DNA of 64,000 bases from Eledone cirrhosa. Taxonomy: Eukaryota. The stretch covers positions 165,602,001 to 165,666,000 of the forward strand of contig OZ024742.1 of the NCBI GenBank assembly GCA_964016885.1. Reading direction: 5' to 3'. The notes beneath the pieces were generated by a model. That model was not told the DNA's origin, did no database searches, and saw nothing but the letters and a program-made list of their open reading frames with translations. A program made the translations under genes and the position numbers. Each line of letters begins with the position of its first letter. The stretch's first letter is position 1. Below are positions 55,301 through 64,000 of this stretch, one piece after another.

Positions 55301-57937
55301 TCTATATATTACCAGTGTATTTCTACATAGAAGCTACTCAAAGTACTATAATATTTCTATTATTACCAGTCTATTTCTACATAGAAGCTACTAAAGGTAC
55401 TATAATATCTCTATATATTACCAGTCTATTTCTATATAGAAGCTACTAAAGGTACTATAATATCTCTATATATTACCAGTCTATTTCTATATAGAAGCTA
55501 CTAAAGGTACTATAATATCTCTATATATTACCTGTCTATTACTATATAGAAGCTACTCAAAGTACTATAATATCTCTATATATTACCAGTCTATTTCTAC
55601 ATTGAAGCTACTCAAAGTACTATAATATTTCTATTATTACCAGTCTATTTCTACATAGAAGCTACTAAAGGTACTATAATATCTCTATATATTACCAGTC
55701 TATTTCTATATAGAAGCTACTCAAAGTACTATAATATCTCTATATATTACCAGTCTATTTCTATATAGAAGCTACTCAAAGTACTATAATATCTCTATAT
55801 ATTACCAGTCTATTTCTATATAGAAGCTACTCAAAGTACTATAATATCTCTATATATTACCAGTCTATTTCTATATAGAAGCTACTCAAAGTAATATAAT
55901 ATCTCTATATATTACCTGTCTAGTTCTACATAGAAGCTACTCAAAGTATTATAACATCTCTATATATTACCTGTCTATTTCTACATAGAAGCTACTCAAG
56001 GTCCTATAATATCTCTATATATTACCAGTATATTTCTATATAGAAGCTACTCAAAGTACTATAATATCTCTATATATTACCAGTCTATTTCTATATAGAA
56101 GCTACACAAAGTACTATAATATCTCTATATATTACCAGTCTATTTCTATATAGAAGCTACTCAAAGTACTATAATATTTCTATATATTACCAGTCTATTT
56201 CTACATGGAAGCTACTCAAAGTACTATAATATCTCTATATATTACCTGTCTATTTCTATATAGAAGCTACTCAAAGTACTATAATATCTCTATATATATA
56301 CCAGTCTATTTCTACATAGAAGCTACTCAAAGTACTATAATATCTCTATATATTACCTGTCTATTTCTACATAGAAGCTACTCAAAGTATTATAATATCT
56401 CTATATATTACCTGTCTACTTCTACATAGAAGCTACTCAAGCTACTATAATATCTCTATATATTACCAGTCTATTTCTATATAGAAGCTACTAAAGGTAC
56501 TATAATATCTCTATATATTACCTGTCTATTTCTACATAGAAGCTACTCAAAGTAATATAATATCTTTATATATTACCTGTCTATTTCTACATAGAAGCTA
56601 CTCAAAGCACTATAATATCTCTATATATTACCTGTCTATTTCTATATAGAAGCTACTCAAAGTACTATAATATCTCTATATATTACCAGTCTATTTCTAC
56701 ATAGAAGCTACTCAAAGTACTATAATATTTCTATTATTACCAGTCTATTTCTATATAGAAGCTACTAAAGGTACTATAATATCTCTATGTATTACCAGTC
56801 TATTTCTATATAGAAGCTACTCAAAGTACTATAATATCTCTATATATTACCAGTCTATTTCTATATAGAAGCTACTCAAGGTACTATAATATCTCTATAT
56901 ATTACCAGTCTATTTCTATATAGAAGCTACTCAAAGTACTATAATATCTCTATATATTACCAGTCTATTTCTATATAGAAGCTACTCAAAGTACTATAAT
57001 ATCTCTATATATTACCAGTCTATTTCTATATAGAAACTACTCAAAGTACTATAATATCTCTATATATTACTAGTCTATTTTTATATAGAAGCTACTAAAG
57101 GTACTATAATATCTCTATATATTACCAGTCTATTTCTACATAGAAGCTACTCAAAGTACTATAATATCTCTATATATTACCTGTCTATTTCTATATAGAA
57201 GCTACTCAAAGTACTATAATATCTCTATATATTACCAGTCTATTTCTACATAGAAGCTACTCAAAGTACTATAATATTTCTATTATTACCAGTCTATTTC
57301 TACATAGAAGCTACTAAAGGTACTATAATATCTCTATATATTACCAGTCTATTTCTACATGGAAGCTACTCAAAGTACTATAATATCTCTATATATTACC
57401 TGTCTATTTCTATATAGAAGCTACTCAAAGTACTATAATATCTCTATATATATACCAGTCTATTTCTACATAGAAGCTACTCAAAGTACTATAATATCTC
57501 TATATATTACCTGTCTATTTCTACATAGAAGCTACACAAAGTATTATAATATCTCTATATATTACCTGTCTATTTCTATATAGAAGCTACTCAAAGTACT
57601 ATAATATCTCTATATATTACCAGTCTATTTCTATATAGAAGCTACTCAAAGTACTATAATATCTCTATATATTACCAGTCTATTTCTATATAGAAGCTAC
57701 TCAAAGTACTATAATATCTCTATATATTACCAGTCTATTTCTACATAGAAGCTACTAAAGGTACTATAATATCTCTATATATTACCAATATATTTCTATT
57801 TAGAAGCTACTAAAGGTACTATAATATCTATATATATACCAGTCTATTTCTACATAGAAGCTACTCAATGTATTATAATATCTATATATATATACCAGTC
57901 TATTTCTACATAGAAGCTACTCAAAGTATTATAATAT
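52312..57937. repeat. Higher-order tandem repeat of the 55-bp satellite, period 2857 bp (52 monomers), ~2 copies, followed by rearranged partial copies
   Basis: Marker TCTATTTATATATAG (variant A at 52411/55268). ORF pairs 53348/56205 and 54502/57359. CAATGTATT marker at ~55009/57866. A third start at +3022 (58290). Confidence 0.9.
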
Positions 57938-60900
57938 CTCTATATATTACCTGTCTATTTCTATATAGAAGCTACTAAAGGTACTATAATATCTATATAT
58001 ATTACCAGTCTATTTCTATATAGAAGCTACTCAAAGTACTATAATATCTCTATATATTACCAGTCTATTTCTACATAGAAGCTACTCAAAGTACTATAAT
58101 ATTTCTATTATTACCAGTCTATTTCTACATAGAAGCTACTAATGGTACTATAATATCTCTATATATTACCAGTCTATTTCTATATAGAAGCTACTAAAGG
58201 TACTATAATATCTCTATATATTACCAGTCTATTTCTATATAGAAGCTACTAAAGGTACTATAATATCTCTATATATTACCAGTCTATTTATATATAGAAG
58301 CTACTCAAAGTACTATAATATCTCTATATATTACCAGTGTATTTCTACATAGAAGCTACTCAAAGTACTATAATATTTCTATTATTACCAGTCTATTTCT
58401 ACATAGAAGCTACTAAAGGTACTATAATATCTCTATATATTACCAGTCTATTTCTATATAGAAGCTACTAAAGGTACTATAATATCTCTATATATTACCA
58501 GTCTATTACTATATAGAAGCTACTCAAAGTACTATAATATCTCTATATATTACCAGTCTATTTCTACATTGAAGCTACTCAAAGTACTATAATATTTCTA
58601 TTATTACCAGTCTATTTCTACATAGAAGCTACTAAAGGTACTATAATATCTCTATATATTACCAGTCTATTTCTATATAGAAGCTACTCAAAGTACTATA
58701 ATATCTCTATATATTACCAGTCTATTTCTATATAGAAGCTACTCAAAGTACTATAATATCTCTATATATTACCAGTCTATTTCTATATAGAAGCTACTCA
58801 AAGTACTATAATATCTCTATATATTACCAGTCTATTTCTATATAGAAGCTACTCAAAGTAATATAATATCTCTATATATTACCTGTCTAGTTCTACATAG
58901 AAGCTACTCAAAGTATTATAACATCTCTATATATTACCTGTCTATTTCTACATAGAAGCTACTCAAGGTACTATAATATCTCTATATATTACCAGTCTAT
59001 TTCTATATAGAAGCTACTAAAGGTACTATAATATCTCTATATATTACCTGTCTATTTCTACATAGAAGCTACTCAAAGTATCATAATATCTATATATATA
59101 TACCAGTCTATTTCTACATAGAAGCTACTCAAAGTATTATAATATCTCTATATATCACCTGTCTATTTCTATATAGAAGCTACTAAAGGTACTATAATAT
59201 CTATATATATTACCAGTCTATTTCTATATAGAAGCTACTCAAAGTACTATAATATCTCTATATATTACCAGTCTATTTCTATATAGAAGCTACTCAAAGT
59301 ACTATAATATCTCTATATATTACCAGTCTATTTCTACATAGAAGCTACTTAAAGTACTATAATATTTCTATTATTACCAGTCTATTTCTACATAGAAGCT
59401 ACTAAAGGTACTATAATATCTCTATATATTACCAGTATATTTCTATATAGAAGCTACTCAAAGTACTATAATATCTCTATATATTACCAGTCTATTTCTA
59501 TATAGAAGCTACACAAAGTACTATAATATCTCTATATATTACCAGTCTATTTCTATATAGAAGCTACTCAAAGTACTATAATATTTCTATATATTACCAG
59601 TCTATTTCTACATGGAAGCTACTCAAAGTACTATAATATCTCTATATATTACCTGTCTATTTCTATATAGAAGCTACTCAAAGTACTATAATATCTCTAT
59701 ATATATACCAGTCTATTTCTACATAGAAGCTACTCAAAGTACTATAATATCTCTATATATTACCTGTCTATTTCTACATAGAAGCTACTCAAAGTATTAT
59801 AATATCTCTATATATTACCTGTCTACTTCTACATAGAAGCTACTCAAGCTACTATAATATCTCTATATATTACCAGTTAATTTCTATATAGAAGCTACTA
59901 AAGGTACTATAATATCTCTATATATTACCTGTCTATTTCTACATAGAAGCTACTCAAAGTAATATAATATCTCTATATATTACCTGTCTATTTCTACATA
60001 GAAGCTACTCAAAGCACTATAATATCTCTATATATTACCTGTCTATTTCTATATAGAAGCTACTCAAAGTACTATAATATCTCTATATATTACCAGTCTA
60101 TTTCTACATAGAAGCTACTCAAAGTACTATAATATTTCTATTATTACCAGTCTATTTCTATATAGAAGCTACTCAAAGTACTATAATATCTCTATATATT
60201 ACCAGTCTATTTCTATATAGAAGCTACTCAAGGTACTATAATATCTCTATATATTACCAGTCTATTTCTATATAGAAGCTACTCAAAGTACTATAATATC
60301 TCTATATATTACCAGTCTATTTCTATATAGAAGCTACTCAAAGTACTATAATATCTCTATATATTACCAGTCTATTTCTACATAGAAGCTACTCAAAGTA
60401 CTATAATATTTCTATTATTACCAGTCTATTTCTACATAGAAGCTACTAAAGGTACTATAATATCTCTATATAGAATCTACTAAAGGTACTATAATATCTC
60501 TATATATTACCAGTCTATTTCTATATAGAAGCTACTAAAGGTACTATAATATCTCTATATATTACCAGTCTATTTCTAGATAGAAGCTACTCAAAGTACT
60601 ATAATATCTCTATATTTTACCTGTCTATTTCTACATAGAAGCTACTCAAAGCACTATAATATCTCTATATATTACCTGTCTATTTCTATATAGAAGCTAC
60701 TCAAAGTACTATAATATCTCTATATATATACCAGTCTATTTCTACATAGAAGCTACTCAAAGTACTATAATATCTCTATATATTACCTGTCTATTTCTAC
60801 ATAGAAGCTACTCAAAGTATTATAATATCTCTATATATTACCTGTCTATTTCTATATAGAAGCTACTCAAAGTACTATAATATCTCTATATATTACCAGT

Positions 60901-63900
60901 CTATTTCTACATAGAAGCTACTAAAGGTACTATAATATCTCTATATATTACCAGTCTATTTCTATATAGAAGCTACTAAAGGTACTATAATATCTCTATA
61001 TATATACCAGTCTATTTCTACATAGAAGCTACTCAAAGTATTATAATATCTATATATATATACCAGTCTATTTCTACATAGAAGCTACTCAAAGTACTAT
61101 AATATCTCTATATATTACCAGTCTATTTCTACATAGAAGCTACTCAAAGTACTATAATATTTCTATTATTACCAGTCTATTTCTACATAGAAGCTACTAA
61201 AGGTACTATAATATCTCTATATATTACCAGTCTATTTCTATATAGAAGCTACTAAAGGTACTATAATATCTCTATATATTACCTGTCTATTTCTATATAG
61301 AAGCTACTAAAGGTACTATAATATCTCTATATATTACCAGTCTATTTCTATATAGAAGCTACTCAAAGTACTATAATATCTCTATATATTACCTGTCTAT
61401 TTCTACATAGAAGCTACTCAAAGCACTATAATATCTCTGTATATTACCAGTCTATTTCTATATAGAAGCTACTAAAGGTACTATAATATCTCTATATATT
61501 ACCAGTCTATTTCTACATAGAAGCTACTCAAAGTACTATAATATCTCTATATATTACCAGTCTATTTCTACATGGAAGCTACTCAAAGTACTATAATATC
61601 TCTATATATTACCTGTCTATTTCTATATAGAAGCTACTCAAAGTACTATAATATCTCTATATATTACCAGTCTATTTCTATATAGAAACTACTCAAAGTA
61701 CTATAATATCTCTATATATTACCAGTCTATTTTTATATAGAAGCTACTAAAGGTACTATAATATCTCTATATATTACCAGTCTATTTCTACATAGAAGCT
61801 ACTCAAAGTACTATAATATCTCTATATATTACCTGTCTATTTCTATATAGAAGCTACTCAAAGTACTATAATATCTCTATATATTACCAGTCTATTTCTA
61901 CATAGAAGCTACTCAAAGTACTATAATATTTCTATTATTACCAGTCTATTTCTACATAGAAGCTACTAAAGGTACTATAATATCTCTATATATTACCAGT
62001 CTATTTCTATATAGAAGCTACTCAAAGTACTATAATATATCTATATATTACCAGTCTATTTCTATATAGAAGCTACTCAAAGTACTATAATATCTCTATA
62101 TATTACCAGTCTATTTCTATATAGAAGCTACTCAAAGTACTATAATATCTCTATATATTACCAGTCTATTTCTATATAGAAGCTACTCAAAGTACTATAA
62201 TATCTCTATATATTACCAGTCTATTTCTACATAGAAGCTACTCAAAGTACTATAATATTTCTATTATTACCAGTCTATTTCTACATAGAAGCTACTAAAG
62301 GTACTATAATATCTCTATATATTACCACTCTATTTCTATATAGAAGCTACTAAAGGTACTATAATATCTCTATATATTACCAGTCTATTTCTACATAGAA
62401 GCTACTCAAAGTACTATAATATTTCTATTATTACCAGTCTATTTCTACATAGAAGCTACTAAAGGTACTATAATATCTTTATATATTACCAGTCTATTTC
62501 TACATGGAAGCTACTCAAAGTACTATAATATCTCTATATATTACCTGTCTATTTCTATATAGAAGCTACTCAAAGTACTATAATATCTCTATATATATAC
62601 CAGTCTATTTCTACATAGAAGCTACTCAAAGTACTATAATATCTCTATATATTACCTGTCTATTTCTACATAGAAGCTACTCAAAGTATTATAATATCTC
62701 TATATATTACCTGTCTATTTCTATATAGAAGCTACTCAAAGTACTATAATATCTCTATATATTACCAGTCTATTTCTATATAGAAGCTACTCAAAGTACT
62801 ATAATATCTCTATATATTACCAGTCTATTTCTACATAGAAGCTACTCAAAGTACTATAATATTTCTATTATTACCAGTCTATTTCTATATAGAAGCTACT
62901 AAAGGTACTATAATATCTCTATGTATTACCAGTCTATTTCTATATAGAAGCTACTCAAAGTACTATAATATCTCTATATATTACCAGTCTATTTCTATAT
63001 AGAAGCTACTCAAGGTACTATAATATCTCTATATATTACCAGTCTATTTCTATATAGAAGCTACTCAAAGTACTATAATATCTCTATATATTACCAGTCT
63101 ATTTCTATATAGAAGCTACTCAAAGTACTATAATATCTCTATATATTACCAGTCTATTTCTATATAGAAACTACTCAAAGTACTATAATATCTCTATATA
63201 TTACTAGTCTATTTTTATATAGAAGCTACTAAAGGTACTATAATATCTCTATATATTACCAGTCTATTTCTACATAGAAGCTACTCAAAGTACTATAATA
63301 TCTCTATATATTACCTGTCTATTTCTATATAGAAGCTACTCAAAGTACTATAATATCTCTATATATTACCAGTCTATTTCTACATAGAAGCTACTCAAAG
63401 TACTATAATATTTCTATTATTACCAGTCTATTTCTACATAGAAGCTACTAAAGGTACTATAATATCTCTATATATTACCAGTCTATTTCTACATGGAAGC
63501 TACTCAAAGTACTATAATATCTCTATATATTACCTGTCTATTTCTATATAGAAGCTACTCAAAGTACTATAATATCTCTATATATATACCAGTCTATTTC
63601 TACATAGAAGCTACTCAAAGTACTATAATATCTCTATATATTACCTGTCTATTTCTACATAGAAGCTACACAAAGTATTATAATATCTCTATATATTACC
63701 TGTCTATTTCTATATAGAAGCTACTCAAAGTACTATAATATCTCTATATATTACCAGTCTATTTCTATATAGAAGCTACTCAAAGTACTATAATATCTCT
63801 ATATATTACCAGTCTATTTCTATATAGAAGCTACTCAAAGTACTATAATATCTCTATATATTACCAGTCTATTTCTACATAGAAGCTACTAAAGGTACTA

Positions 63901-64000
63901 TAATATCTCTATATATTACCAATATATTTCTATATAGAAGCTACTAAAGGTACTATAATATCTATATATATACCAGTCTATTTCTACATAGAAGCTACTC
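52312..64000. repeat. AT-rich 55-bp satellite (consensus GAAGCTACTCAAAGTACTATAATATCTCTATATATTACCAGTCTATTTCTATATA, ~25% GC, roughly 210 monomers) with 54- and 56-bp length variants
   Basis: GAAGCTAC recurs at 55-bp spacing (e.g. 52801, 52856, 52911). The 54-bp variant has AATATTTCTATTATTACC and the 56-bp variant has CTCTATATATATACC. The array continues to the window end. Confidence 0.98.

Noticed and set aside
53348-63717. Seven copies of a 74-aa ORF (MEATQSTIISLYITCLFLYRSYSK...)
   Set aside because: It arises from an A>G variant creating ATG plus a 56-bp variant monomer that dodges stop codons. It is pure satellite translation and useful only as a HOR marker.
52312-64000. TATAAT / TATATA motifs as promoters; TTC-N6-GAA as a heat-shock or STAT element
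   Set aside because: These motifs are expected in an AT-rich repeat with no downstream gene. The spacing does not fit HSE (TTCnnGAA) or STAT (TTC-N3/4-GAA) consensus.
1-64000. Common origin of the two satellites via shared TATCTC
   Set aside because: Only a 6-bp match. Monomer length, composition and the remaining sequence are unrelated.

Overview
This window is entirely tandem-repeat (satellite) DNA from what looks like a scaffolded eukaryotic assembly. I find no credible protein-coding gene, RNA gene, transposon ORF or CRISPR array. (1) 1-52111 is a compound satellite built from two short units that share the core AAATTATCTCCCC. Unit A is 25 bp (GGAAATTATCTCCCCTTGGACGGCT). Unit B is about 26-28 bp (ACAAATTATCTCCCCCTGA + T6-10). 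The units alternate in runs of about 1-13 with stereotyped junction variants, and are organised into nested, near-identical higher-order duplications (offsets of about 266, 468, 780, 2424, 3893, 4195-4225, 5234, 8817, 16115 and 32810 bp). (2) 52112-52311 is a 200-N assembly gap. (3) 52312-64000 is an apparently unrelated AT-rich 55-bp satellite with a 12-bp palindrome per monomer and a ~2857-bp (52-monomer) higher-order repeat. All ORFs in the supplied track are by-products of the repeats. The most unusual feature is the two-state, grammar-like architecture of the first array. Any function (centromeric, telomeric, factor-binding) is only a hypothesis. Boundaries of higher-order blocks were estimated by eye from diagnostic variants and ORF-track offsets and are approximate (tens of bp).
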